A stretch of 62,644 nt of DNA, counting the filler, from Choristocarpus tenellus KU-1152 (taxonomy: Eukaryota > Protista > Phaeophyceae), in NCBI GenBank assembly GCA_964200185.2. It is 11 parts of 11 records of this genome, joined end to end, with 100 filler letters (N's around TTAATTAATTAA, not from the genome) between each part and the next. Parts side by side here need not be neighbours in the genome. Positions count along the whole stretch, not along the records: positions 34,082 to 39,236 come from CAXNAD020011683.1; positions 39,337 to 46,342 come from CAXNAD020006877.1; positions 46,443 to 49,365 come from CAXNAD020023630.1; positions 49,466 to 53,782 come from CAXNAD020015140.1; 7 more parts are not named here. The stretch is one strand, 5' to 3'. Under the pieces are notes generated by a model. The model worked only from the letters and a program-made list of their open reading frames with translations. It was not told where the DNA came from and did not search any database. Made by a program: the position numbers and the translations under genes. This document shows, piece by piece, positions 37,401-50,279 of the stretch (position 1 is its first letter; each line of letters begins with the position of its first letter).

Positions 37401-38765
37401 ACCCCCAAATGGACGCAGCTCTACCCTCTGAAATACTTTGACTCTTTGGCTCAGTAATGGGCTTGGCTTGACCCTTTTTTTTTTCCCCCTTCCTGCCTTT
37501 TTTTTTTACATTTTTTTGGACTCCCACCGGTCCATTCGCAGACACATTGTTAAAGCATGTCCTCCTCATCTGCTGTGGAAAAAAAATAAGCAGAGATGGT
37601 GCCCCCTCATGATTGCCTGTGATGAAGGAAACTTTGAAAATGTGCGCATTCTGGTGAGGAAACCCCCCGGGTCGAAACCCTAACCCTAATTGAGACGAGA
37701 AAGAGAGAAGGGGAGTCGAATAGAGTACTCAGGACTGTTTTAATATATATATATATATATATTTGAGGGTCAGGGGGATTGGAGGACGAATATTGGAGTG
37801 GTGAAAGGGGAGGTGGCAAGCATGAGAGGCCTTACACAAGCAAACAAAAAATCCCTTTTGGGGGGGAGGATCGGAGTATTGTATTTCGAATCCCATTGGC
37901 GAGCACTAGACACACCTTCCTAAGATAAGCTAGAGACTATGAAAGAAGTGTACAAGAGGAAGGACTCTGCAGTGGATCCCTTCTCAAGCATTCTGTGAAC
38001 GTAGGGCACAAGTCAGCTACCACAGCTGTCTGCTGCACTATCGACTGGTGCAACAACTGCTCTTGCACAGGGAGACACACAGTTGTCCATCCCTACAGAA
38101 CCACAGGAGGAGATTGTTCCCGGCACACGTTTTCGTCTGCTAAAGGCTTGGTGTGTGAAAATTTAAATCCTTGATCGCTGTGGTAGAGGGTGATCTAGCT
38201 TGCAAGCTGAGGCATCCTTTGATTGGAGGGCAAAGTCGCTCAGTATCCTCTTTGGTTTATGGTTTCTACTTCTATTTTTTTCATCTCACCAGACTTCCTC
38301 TCCTATTTTGCCCTGATATTAAGGATATTGATAGTAAAATAGTGGAAGGGTTAAGGTTGACGATCTATCTACCTAGGACATGGGTCGACACTGGCAATGC
38401 ATAGGCTACCAGTGTTTCTATCTCATCATTCCTCTAAGTATAGTATAACAGTACCCCTGACAACAAAATCAACTTTTTACCATCAAGAAACGCGTATTCA
38501 TCAACCTCCTGGAAAACGAATCAGAGATGATATATATATATATATATAAGTTATACCGATCTCCCACTCAAACTTGTTGCTATCTCTACCCCTATTTACA
38601 GGTTGAGGAAGGTGCAGACCTCGGGGCATTCAATGCTGAAGGTCAAACTGCCCTAGATTTGTCTTCACGATCCAGTAACCACACCGTGGAGCTTCTCCTA
38701 CAGGGGAAGGGTGCTCGGAGGGGTCAAGACTTCTGGACCGCTGTGAAGTCTGGTGACACAATGGG
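34453..38765 (+). CDS. Ankyrin-repeat protein (partial, exons incomplete)
   Basis: Exon 34453-34714 (GRTPLMVACAAGNADIVRLL...GWTPLMIACGAGALEVVKILI...GSTPLMWAC), ~37594-37653 (WCPLMIACDEGNFENVRIL) and from 38602 (VEEGADLGAFNAEGQTALDL). Confidence 0.85.
35494..37452 (+). mobile_element. Cluster of five same-orientation family A MITEs (35494-35757, 35977-36236, 36284-36571, 36904-37452 with nested 37187-37444)
   Basis: Each copy has the family A interior and TIRs. TSDs AGT, TGT and TTT are visible. Confidence 0.92.
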
Positions 38766-39414
38766 GGTACCACCAACGCTGTCTGTAGAGAGGGGTGGGA
38801 GAGTCAAGATCGTCCAATGTTGTTTTCGTGACAAGGACCACCAGTGGGAATTGTCAGTAGAAGTACAAGGCGCAGATCACAGGAAATGGTAGTTTACCTA
38901 AGAAAGAAAGAGATGTTTTTTTGTAGTACTGGTTGTTGCAACCCTAGCCATCATCCCCTTCTTATCCTGCCTGACACCGATATATTGGGCTCTGATGGAC
39001 TTTTTTTGTGTCCCCTCAAAAGGTAGGTCGTGTTTGAGTGAACTCTGTGGAGGTGGGCGTATCATTGTCTGTTTGCATAAGGAGATGCTTTGAAGTAGTG
39101 CACATAGTAAATGTTGCTATATTGGTGTACACAAAGTAGTAGGTATTTATGTAGCAAAACTATGTATGTAGTACAGTAGATTAGTGATGGATCGGGACAT
39201 TGGAATGTGACCCAAAGTATCTTGGGGGGGGGAGGGNNNNNNNNNNNNNNNNNNNNNNNNNNNNNNNNNNNNNNNNNNNNTTAATTAATTAANNNNNNNN
39301 NNNNNNNNNNNNNNNNNNNNNNNNNNNNNNNNNNNNCCCATCCCCACCCTTCCCCCTCCTCCTCCCACTTTTTAAACATCTATGCCAACACCATGGGTTT
39401 CAAGTCCAACCCAG

Positions 39415-41666
39415 GGAGAACGGAAACAACTGGGTGGTTGAACGTTATGTGGAGAATCCCATGCTCATCGAGGGGTTCAAGTTTGACCTGCGCCTGTATG
39501 TCGCAGTGACCAGCTTCCAACCCTTGAGGTGATACTTCGAAATATCGTTGATTTCCTTCCCAACACGATGGCGTAAAAGCTATGGCACGAAATCGGGTTT
39601 GTTGTTCAGTGTACATGTCCTGATGGTAACAAATGTTAATGGCATTGGTTACGGCTTTTAGGGTAGTACCAAATCTCAGCCCTGCCTCATTGGAGTGCTG
39701 AGTCGTTTATTGCACTTGTGTGTCAGCAATGAAGGTACTTTGGTATCTACTTTTGGAGGGTGGAAAAGGTAGTATTATGTTGCTGCTACACTGGTAGATA
39801 TTCTCGTTACAACTATCCCTACAGAGTTTATTTTCACTTAATTGCAGGAGGGGTGAATGACTTATTAGGATGAAGCCGATCCCGATTGATCACCATTTTC
39901 ACAGTACAGAATCTATCCCAAACAAACTACTATAATAAAATTCTCGAACTAGTGCTTAGCTCGTATCTTGAGGTTAATTTTTTCATGCCTACCGTGGTGA
40001 AGAGTCCAAAATACGGTTCAGGCAAGGGTGCTGGTGTATTCAACACCCAGCAAGTCAACATCTGACAAAATAGAACCTCAAGGTCACTGTTCAAAGCTTT
40101 CAAACCATCACATTGCCACCAGTGGTTTAAATTGGGCCTTTTGAGGTTTTGGCCCACCAAACAAATCCGGCAAACCCCTGATTCCACCAAGTAGGAAATG
40201 CCAGCATGGTATGTTGTTACTTACCAGTAAAATAATAAGTAATAAGATATGTACTGCAAACTATCTCTTTCACAGTCATACCACACTGCTAACTAAACCT
40301 CAATCTTAAAAGCAATGGTTGCTGCAAATGTGAGTACTTTTGTATTAAGGCTGATTCAATACACTTGAGTTCAACCAAATCCCGTCAATAAATACTTCAA
40401 TCTGGAGTTCCGGTTGGCCCGAGTTTTCAAAAGGTTTGCGGGAAGGGTTTTGCCAATTGACCCTTCAAAAATCAATTGTAGGAGACAAAATGAAGTAAAA
40501 CGATATTATATGAGTCGAAAGATCTGTCGTTTATTTTGAAGATCAACTTACTGCCTTCTTTGTATTTTATCGCCTCTATGGGGATGGGGAGCATAAGTCG
40601 GGAGACGACGTGACTGACCCACCTCAGACAAACCGTGAACGCCACGACTTCTTGTGTGGGCACCTTCGATTCTGGAAGTTTCAGGAGTCGCCCATTCACA
40701 CTGTCACATGCAATCCAAAATTCCTGCCATCAACCTGGATAGTGCAGTAAAGTTCCCTGAGTCCCAGTCAGTTGCCGAGTAAGGTTTCATGCAAGGAAAA
40801 GACACTACTCCTCTTGCAATTGTTCTCTGGCTCAGAAATCGCGGGTGTCCACCACCACCCATGAGCACTTGAGTATTGCACGTTGTACAAGGTGATGAAG
40901 AAGGTAGAGAGGTTGGATCTTCTTGTCCTCATCAGTCTTACACTGCGTGGTAGTTCCTGTAGTTTGCTAACGCAACACACAACTGCTTTACTTCCCTTGG
41001 CAACTGCTTTTTTCGCTCGTTGGATACCCTAACCCTTGCTTTTTCTTGTGGAAAAAATCTAAATAAAGATCGATGGATTCTCCCTCTTACCCCACCCTTC
41101 GCCATCTCTGTTTGGTCTTTTTCTACCTCAACAGGGTGTACCTTCACAAGGAGGGCTTGTGCCGTCTTGCCACTGAACCGTACAGCCGGGACCCTCAAAC
41201 GTTTTCAAACCGATTCGTCCACCTCACTAACTACAGCATCAATAAGCATAACAAACGTTTAGCAAAGTCCAGGGCAGGGCTTGCCAGTGAGGAAGAGCAT
41301 ACCGAAAAAATGAATGAGAGCTCGATGAGCCATTGTGAGTGTAGCGAAGCAGTTGCAGTAGACAGTAGTCCGAAAGACACACACAGCAACAGGGGAGACA
41401 AAGAGCAAAGGTTCAGTGCGATGGAAGATTCACAAGAGTCATGTTTGGCATCTAGTCGCAGCAGTGAAGTGAAGGAGGTCGAAAAAGTGGTCAGGGGAGG
41501 GGGGGAAGATGACCAAAGGAGACTAGTAGTGGGTCCAGAATCACGCTCAAAGTGGAGCCTTCACACTCTCCACCAGAGGTTCGTAGCCATGGGGGTAGAC
41601 ACCACTGCGCTATGGAAGGATATCCACAGCGTGATCATCAAGACCCTAATCAGTATTGAGGCACAG
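39415..41666 (+). CDS. Tubulin polyglutamylase, TTLL4/TTLL5-like (partial)
   Basis: Exon 39415-39528 ([32 protein letters not shown]) splices in phase to 41135-41666 ([16 protein letters not shown]...[10 protein letters not shown]...KWSL...[17 protein letters not shown]). These are canonical TTL-family ATP-grasp motifs. Confidence 0.92.
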
Positions 41667-41840
41667 GTGAATCAAAGTCAGATTAAAAAAAAAACGAGTG
41701 GTACAATCAAAAGAAACAAAAAAAAGTAGCAGCATGGAGGAGGTGTGCAGGACGATTGTATCAAATTAACTGTGTCATATACTGGTTCTCTGTTGGTGGA
41801 AGTGCTTTTTTCTACTATTATACTATTTCCTACCAATATA

Positions 41841-41911
41841 GAAAGCGTGTTTGTCCGTTGTTATACTATGCATACGGCAATAACGGTATAACGACAGACA
41901 AACATGCTTTC
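41841..41911. repeat. Small foldback element (~26-bp inverted arms)
   Basis: GAAAGCGTGTTTGTCCGTTGTTATAC...GTATAACGACAGACAAACATGCTTTC. One arm is also present at ~13003-13035. Confidence 0.7.
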
Positions 41912-43577
41912 CACACCACTCACCTTTGGTTATAAAGACCGTTTTTGTTGTCAAAATGACTGAATACGTAGAATTATGAACTGGAGCTGATTACAATCAG
42001 TTACATCTGATTGACACAATTAACTGATAACCGAGTCTTTTTGGATCAACCAATCGGTTATTCCATTCGCGTTCTGTACGAGCATACACTCCTCCGAAAG
42101 TCACTCGTGTTTTTATCTCTCGTACACATTTACAATGTTACCGCACAAACAATTTCAACTCCAGGGGGATCCCTCACAATTCGGGGGAGGCCCATTTTCT
42201 CACAGCTATGATGCTCGCCGACTGTGTACTGTGTGCTATGACTCAGATTATTAGATATGATTAACCCGCGAGAGCTGAATCGATTGTGATAACAAATCTT
42301 CTCTGTTCACAACTCTATGAGTACCTTGCCATCACTGGAGGGGTGGTGAGCTTGTCTTGGCATAATCAGTCCTTTGTTGTGTGTGCTTTTGTTGCAGTGA
42401 CTTAACGTGATCACATTCCTGCTCCTTTGAAGCATGTTGGGGTTAGGGTTTCTAACCCTCCAGCAAAACATGTTGAAAGGAAATCGAAACTGCTCTAGTT
42501 TGGAAATTGCTTCATATCCGTTGCAGCATTGAGAATTGAATGAAGCTGTGGATCTGAAATGTGGTGTTCATTGAAACCTAAATATTCTGGAATGCTTTTG
42601 AGAGGATGATTAAAAGGGAAGGAATACGCTAGCCTGGCCATTGCCCGTGCCTTAAATCAAGTGTGTGAACTCCAGGTCCAGAACGCATTAGGAGTTACAT
42701 CTCTGTGTGTATGTAGGGTGAAGCATAGATTAAGCTGACACTAATCGATTTTGCGCTGATAGCATATGTTCTGCAGCTAGGATCAAACTCTCTCCTAAAT
42801 CATAGCGGAATGTGATCAGGTTTTGTACTCTGGGGCAATCATGGGAGAGTACATTCTGATTATTTGCTCCTTGTTGTTCTGTGAATTGTTTGACAGTGAC
42901 AATAATTTTTCAATCAAACTTAAGAGATCTTTTCAGGGATATTGGATTGAATGTGCCTAACATGTGTTACTCTCCTAGGGATGCCCGCCCCGATCTGCAG
43001 AGTAATTGTAGACTAACTACTGTAGGTTTTGTCACCTTGGCAGTTTTTTGCAAACACTATAGATTCTGCTGAGTGTGTAATTTGAACTCCATTGTTTTTT
43101 TGAAATATGAGATGGCCTTTTCATTTACCCTCTGAACTCTGCAAGGAAATATTCACCTTGGGGACAAGGTGTATCTACTACTGTTGACAAGGGATAGGGT
43201 TAAGGCTACAGTTACCTTTTCCTTCTGGAATACATGATAGGAGATGCGTTAGACATGGATATATATCATGGGCAGCTAGTTCAAAAGGAAGACCACCTTA
43301 CTCGATCAACACTTACGGCATGTTATGTCATGCTTCTTTGCCAAAACAACAGGTATCATCGGCAGTGGATATGCTTGTCCTGCAAAGAGGGACCTGTTTT
43401 GAGGTGTGTATCCAAGCGCGTGACTGTGCTTGTGTGGGTCCTGGAAGAAATTTATGGTTACTTCTAGACTCTAAGCGGTGGATAGTTCCAGCATTGGTCA
43501 AACATATCCACCCTTGCAAATGACCTGCTGACAAGCCAGATGACTTGGGCAACAACGAACATGCAAAAAAGGAAATA

Positions 43578-43833
43578 GAGCCAAAGTATCTTAGAGGGTA
43601 GAACCACGTCTATTTGGGGTCAAAATCCAATGTTGCGATTTTGATGGAATTTTGGTTATTGTGTTTGTTGGAAGTGTCAATATCTATGTTCCGGACACAA
43701 CTTTCATAACATACACACGTTACTTACTCCTAAACATTTTGTAATAGGACAATGTAATAAAATAACCCAATGAAATCCAAGCCCCAAATGGATAAACAGG
43801 GCAAAACTCGTACCCTCTAAGATACTTTCACTC
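43578..43833 (-). mobile_element. MITE family A, 4-bp TSD AATA
   Basis: GAG...CTC termini; AATA on both flanks. Confidence 0.93.
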
Positions 43834-46442
43834 AATAGTCACATCCCACCCAACCCAGGTTCTGCAAATTTTAAGCTCTGAAAGGTGAGTAAAAAAAGGT
43901 TGGCGCACATTGGTGAGCAATTCGCGAAGTCTGTCACCCTGCTGCTAGGGACGTCGAAATTCCGAGAGTCGCCCTATTATCGCAAATATCGGAAATAGAC
44001 ACGAAAACGGCGCTCCACAACATCTTGGTTAGAATTTCCGATTCGACTTCACAGCGAAATGAAATGAGGAGGCTATGGGGTATTGTTAGAACACGATTTC
44101 AACACTGTCTCAAACAAAATCAACAGCGAGGGCGTAAGGTTAGAGAACTTGCCTGAGAGTGATACCATCTAAGAGGGGGTTGTTGTTGAGTTTGAAGGAT
44201 GCCTATGACTTACCTCGAGGTGTATGTGTTTTGAGCACTGCAGAGGGTCGCGGCTAGTCTTCTTCTACTTCCATATCCTTCTAAGGATGGCTAGTTGCAG
44301 TTCAGGCATGGACATGATGAATATTGCACAATGTTAAACGGGAAATCCAAAGGGCAAAGATCAACCTCCTCTAAAATGTTTCATTCTGAACTCGTCTAAG
44401 AATCTTATGTAGAGTATCTTCCTTGGCACAGTGTCTATATAATAGGGTATGCAAAGCTCACACGAATAGCACACACTATTAACTAGGTAGTATGTATACA
44501 ATTCATTCAAAGGTTCTCTCCTGTCTAAAAATCTTCAGGATACTGTCATGTGACCATCTTATGTAGATTTATCACCGCAATCTCCACTGACTGACAATCT
44601 CAGGCAGTAGGCACCTTCAAACCACCATACAGACAGCAAAATGCGCTTCAGCATCTTGTGTCTTCTACTCACTACAGTTTGTTTAAAACGATGTCCTCAA
44701 CGATTTCTTTTGCAATTCCTTCAAGTATAGTGGATAGTTTCCAATACACTCTAGAGTATTTAGTAAAAACTCTTCTCTCAAGATTTTCGACACTGACATT
44801 CATTCGTTCCCGCCTACCCCCATGCAAACCTTGCGTCTTTGGGCTGCACTGCCTCCTGCACCTCTCTTCTTTGCCATCTGTGGAGTATGTTGTGAACCCA
44901 TCCCCATACCCGTCCTATTTTCTTCTAAAAAGTGATAGGGACTCGGCTTTGTATTGTTCGTTCACGCTTTTGCACATGAATCTCAACATTAAACCTCTAT
45001 GGGCAATACGAGTCTATTTATACCCTTTTGAGTGCTTGGGGCTTTTCAAAACTTCAACATTACACCTCATTCCCACGCTAGAAATCCAGCTAACCCCCCC
45101 CTGAAGGTGCTGTGACCGTAGAAGAGCACACAGACGTTGGTCCAAATAACTGCAAAAAACGCCCTTCATATTGCTAAAAGCATAGATACCAGAAGGCAGT
45201 CAGGACCCAGATATCCAACAACACCCCCATCTAGGATAGGTTAGCTCTAACCCTAACCCTATCCCAAGGCTATAGAATAAACTTCTTTCACTCAACCGCA
45301 AATAGATGCACACCTTAATTCTCACATTCTTAGTGTACCAAGAAAATTCTCAGCGACAGTAGTACTCTTGTACTAACTTCAACATTGACACGGTGATGGG
45401 AGACTTGATTTGTGATTGAGGACTGTTTCACCCCCCCCCCCCCTTGCAACAGAAGCAGCAGACACAACCCTTCCCCCACGTACTTTGACAAGGCCCACAT
45501 TTTTTGTTTTTGGAATATCTCCCACACTGTTAGATGTTTGGGTTTGATGTCTTGGTGGATGACAAGCAGATGCCGCACCTAATGGAGGTGAACTTTGCTC
45601 CCTCCCTGAACATCGACACCAATCTAGACTTTCAGGTTAAGTCGAAGGTATGGTGCACACTGTGTACAATCTGAATAGGATTTGCATGTGGTGGTGTTGG
45701 GCGTTTCTCAAATACTTCGGAGTAATAAGCATTGGGTATATCTGCACATTTAAAGTGAATTATTTCTGCAGCTTAGAATATATCTTCAACATACGTACTG
45801 AGTCAAAGTAAACGAGAGGGTTGCCTTTTAAGGATGCTGATGAATATGCTAATTTCGAATTTTTGTTGAAATATATACAGGGACTTCACTGGATTCTGTT
45901 GAATTTTTCCAAGCAATAGAGAAATCAACAATCTCAAGTTTATCTTAGCACTTTTATCCATAGGCATAAGGGTGAATTGCAAAAGATGAAAAATATGGCT
46001 TAAAATGCAAAACGACTGGAAGCTGGGTACCGCTCGTTTACTTTGGCTCACTATGTACTCTTATCAGGTAGTGTGGCAACTGAACCTTAGTGCTACCTGG
46101 GGTCATATGTCATCTACAACGTCTAAACTATGCTCGACTTCCATGTCACGGGCGTTAGATAGGGGACTGTGTAGTGTTGTCACCTTGTCCAAGATCCTTG
46201 TCTTTTTCATTGAAGAGCACCAATTCAAGAGTATTCCTGAGCAATACATATATTGTTTAATCCTGGTGCTAGGTATTTATTGCCTTTTCCCACTCTGTTA
46301 GTGGGTCAAAGTATCTTGGGGGGGGGGGGTGGTTTGTGAGGGNNNNNNNNNNNNNNNNNNNNNNNNNNNNNNNNNNNNNNNNNNNNTTAATTAATTAANN
46401 NNNNNNNNNNNNNNNNNNNNNNNNNNNNNNNNNNNNNNNNNN

Positions 46443-46940
46443 GAATGAGGCATGCAATATTCCTCAGAGGCATCCTGGGGGAGCTGGGCATACCCCAAGG
46501 GGTCACGACTTGGTATGGGGACAATCGAGGTGCCATCCAAGCAGCAATAGCTGAAGGCTTCAACGGAAGAACAAGGCATGTCGACATCAAGCTGAAATGC
46601 ACCAGGGAGTATGTCAATAAAGGAGTTTTTAAAATAAAGTATATACCCACAACACTACAACTTGCAGACATCTTGACCAAAAGATAACGTAAGAAGCAGG
46701 TAGAACGCTTCGTAGACACTGTGATGACTAGATGAATGACGTACGTTAGAGTCTAGGCAATCAGTGTTCTTTTACTGCGTTGACGGGATAAATGTGATGT
46801 GTGTGAGAGTTGAACCAATCTGTCTTCTCGTACTTCCACTCTCATGGGGGAGTGTGCAGAATAAGACGTTTTAGGTTTGAGGTTTGAGAGTTCCAGCAAC
46901 CTTCATTGCCTGCACTCTCATGGGGGAGTGCAAAATAGGA
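46443..46940 (+). mobile_element. Copia RNase H C-terminus plus PPT/LTR start
   Basis: YGDNRGAIQ...RTRHVDIK...IKYIPTTLQLADILTK followed by CTCATGGGGGAG-TG. Same PPT as the element at 16238. Confidence 0.9.
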
Positions 46941-47269
46941 CAATAATGAGGTGTACCTTATTTTGTGTATGAGAGATTATTCATATGTATATGTGATGTA
47001 ACTAATGAGATAGTACATCCGGATTATGAATGGGATTATGTGTGGGTTTTTATTCTGCATTCAACTACTTTGACATAACCGTTGACTAAGGTAGGAAGCA
47101 CAAAATAATAATAAAACAAGCAATGAGAAGGTACCCCACAAAGGTCACTCTTCTAATTTCAACCATGTAATCACGTTCAGCAATGGGGAACCGTGTGAGG
47201 CTTCACACCTCCTTACCTCCTTGTCTTGGCTGCTGATAAATATAGCATTTTCTCCCAACGTAAATTTCA

Positions 47270-48097
47270 CAATGACAGTGTACCTTGATAGAACGAGAGT
47301 TTGGTCAATTAAGGCAGAACACATCCCAGGAAAGGAGAATGTGTTGGCAGATGAAATATCTAGGTGGGATAAGGACAAGATTCAAACAAAAATCGCATTA
47401 CTCTTTCAACCCTCTTGTCCTCATGTTAGTTGGTAGGAGCAATCCCCGTGAGTCATGAAAGGATGGCACTGTGTTCGAGGTCGAATTCTGTACACAGACG
47501 GACCTAAGAATCTGGCTTGATCCAAGTAGTTGGGAGGTGGGGGTGGGGAAGTCCCGTGTAGAATTTATGCGCCTTTGTTCTGGGAGTAAGGGTGATAACG
47601 TTGTTGGAATAAGGAGTAAGATGTTTGCAAATCCAATACTTCCACAAACACTTCTTGGATTTCTCATTGCCTACAAACCTTTTTCTTTCTTTCATCTGCA
47701 TCAAAAGGTATAGGAAGAAGTCATGCAAAGCTTGGGACTCAGCCTAGTGTTAGAACACTAATGGAATGTGTGGAGAATCTGGGACAGCGTGTGAAGTGAT
47801 TGCGCTCAGAAGGGGAATCAACAAGGTTGGGGTTAGGTTTCACTTTCTCCTTACATAGAGCACCAGGGTTGTGGGCTTGTGATGGAGGAGGGGGGTACAT
47901 TGGGATTTTTCGGGAAGGAGAGGAGATGTATGTAGTGTGTGGAAAACGGGTCTTGAGGTTGGACTGGAAAAATAGAGCAATTGGCAAACAAGGTAGGGGT
48001 AATATTCTCGGGGTCGAAAGGGGTTTCAAGATGGGAAGGGTGCGTTGAAAAGCTTAGTGCATCAAAGAGTCGTCGCCCAAAGGCGCTGGTTGAGTTA
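47270..48097 (+). mobile_element. DIRS/Ngaro-type tyrosine-recombinase retrotransposon remnant
   Basis: RNase H tail WSIKAEHIPGKENVLADEISRW, followed by degraded YR motifs LGLGFTFSLHRAPGLW (cf. F..LLRxxEL) and ANKVGVIFSGSKG (cf. RxSKxDQ). Confidence 0.65.
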
Positions 48098-48282
48098 GAT
48101 CCAAAGCAACTGGGGGGGGGGGGGGGGGGGGGTCTACACCAGGGTGTCCATTCGGGCCATAACCAGGAAAGGTTTACTTACATTATCCATCCCGACATAT
48201 GCAACCAAATCACCCAAAAATCGCCACATTAACAATTTGCCCCAAATGGTCAGCCACCACACACCCCCAGATACTTTAAGCC
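48098..48282 (+). mobile_element. MITE family B, 3-bp TSD TTA
   Basis: TIR G....AAAG...TGGGG / CCCCAGATACTTTAAGCC; TTA on both flanks. Homologous to 60321-60501 and 53883-54329. Confidence 0.8.
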
Positions 48283-48379
48283 TTATGTCGTGAGCATACA
48301 CTAAATATTATTATCCGCTGGGCCTTTGTCTTAGCCATCAATAATCTCTGACATAAGACCAAGACCAACTCATCATACC

Positions 48380-48555
48380 GAGCCAAAGTATCTTAGAGGG
48401 TAGAGTCGTGTCCATTTGGGGTCAAAATCCAAGGTTGCGATTTTGATGTAATTTGGCTATCGTGTTTGTTAAGAAGTGCNNNNNNNNNACATGGGAAGCC
48501 AAGCCCCAAATGGACAAACAGGGCAAAACTCGTACCCTCTAAGATACTTTCACTC
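48380..48555 (-). mobile_element. MITE family A (with assembly gap), 4-bp TSD TACC
   Basis: Both TIRs present; TACC on both flanks. Confidence 0.9.
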
Positions 48556-48559
48556 TACC

Positions 48560-49305
48560 ATCACTATGTGTACGTTACTACTGTCTTGTACTGAACTAGA
48601 GATAAACGTACATGAAACTACGTTATATACTTACATCAGCACACACAATGTAAGGATAACACTAGGTTATTGGACATCCTCCCCTTGCTGAAAACAAGTA
48701 TTGACTCTTGGACAATCACACCAAAAGAACAAACAAAAAATACACACATGTTATCACTCTACATGTTCATCAAAAACTTTGCATGTTGTCTAAAACTCTG
48801 ACAGTCAAATTCTTGGTCGACACATCTGCCCTCTGGTTGCTGTACCAACAAAAATGACAAGAATATCTCCTTTTCTAGCTAAGTCCCTCAAAAATGGTGT
48901 CGGACTTCAATGTGCTTTGTTCTAGTAGAGCTTGTGGCTTTTCGTACTAGTTTGCATGCACCATGGTTGTCCTCAAACATATCAACCCAACATCTATGGA
49001 ACTGTGGCTGGAAAAACTCAAAAACACTTTGCAAGAAAAGCAATTTCTGTGCCACACTGCTAAGGGCTATATACTCACTCTCCGTAGAGGACAGAACTAC
49101 CATCTTTTGTACCTTTGACATCCAAGATATTGCTCCTCCTGTAACCTTATTGTTTATCCAGTCACTGATCTACGATCATTGCAATCTCCACAGCATAAGC
49201 ACAAACAGCATCAGCATAATATGCGCTCAACTCACACTCAGTATCAAAACCACCAAAACTCAATCCAACACTGGGACACGATTTTAAATATGCTAGAATG
49301 CACTT
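48560..49305 (-). mobile_element. Copia RNase H, PPT and 3' LTR start (same family as 29490-30990)
   Basis: SKVQKMVVLSSTESEYIALSSVA...STRTKHIEVRHHF; PPT AAGGGGAGGA (48686-48677) followed by TG at 48676. Confidence 0.9.
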
Positions 49306-49524
49306 AAGGCTCAAAGTATCTGGGAGGGGGTGGCGGCTGTCCATTTTGGGTCAATTTTTTCATGTNNNNNNNNNNNNNNNNNNNNNNNNNNNNNNNNNNN
49401 NNNNNNNNNTTAATTAATTAANNNNNNNNNNNNNNNNNNNNNNNNNNNNNNNNNNNNNNNNNNNNCCCCACCCCCCCCTCCCCCCCTTCGGCACAACAAA
49501 AAAAAAAGTTATTTTCCCGAAACG

Positions 49525-49557
<33 letters not shown>

Positions 49558-50279
49558 AGATACTTTAACCCAGCATAGTCATGGACTTTTGAGGAGGTGG
49601 TCAGGAGAGCTGATCTGCCAGTGGCTCATTATGCATAATGCAATTTGATCTTAAGGTCAAACCAGAGAGATTGGTTGCAATCACTTTTGTTGGCGAATTA
49701 TATTCGTCATGAACCGATGGTGTAGGTGTTGTGTAAGTGGGGGTGAAGTTGATGCGTGTTTATAATAGTATGTATTCTTTGGACGATTGTGACCATGTTT
49801 GTGTACACTTATAAAAAATAAGTTGTCCAAGTAATGGAGGGATGAAGTCGCAATATAGACATTGGAGTCAATACCTCGTAGGAAGTAGTGTTCACCTATC
49901 AGATTGTATCAACTACGATATTATTGAAGGCTTCTCTCTTTTGACCCGCTCTACCAGTTACGGTTGTACTTGACGGATTGCTGGCATTGAAATGTCCAAC
50001 AGGGCCTCCTACCTGGCACTCTGATTTTGTCCTGTGGAAGGATATCATTTATCAGAGTGCACACGCCGCCACAGTTGGTAGTCACTAAGTGTGTTTTACG
50101 TAGGATTGTAATACATCATAACTGTTCATTTGAATATTAGTAGGGTGGTGATAAAGTATTGTACATACGTGAAAGTACTAAAACCTGTGTAACCATCGAA
50201 TATGGGTTATGATCGGTGCGATGTCATCTGTGGCACTTGCTCACGAACTTCAGATTACACCCGCAGAAGTAGAAGCGGC

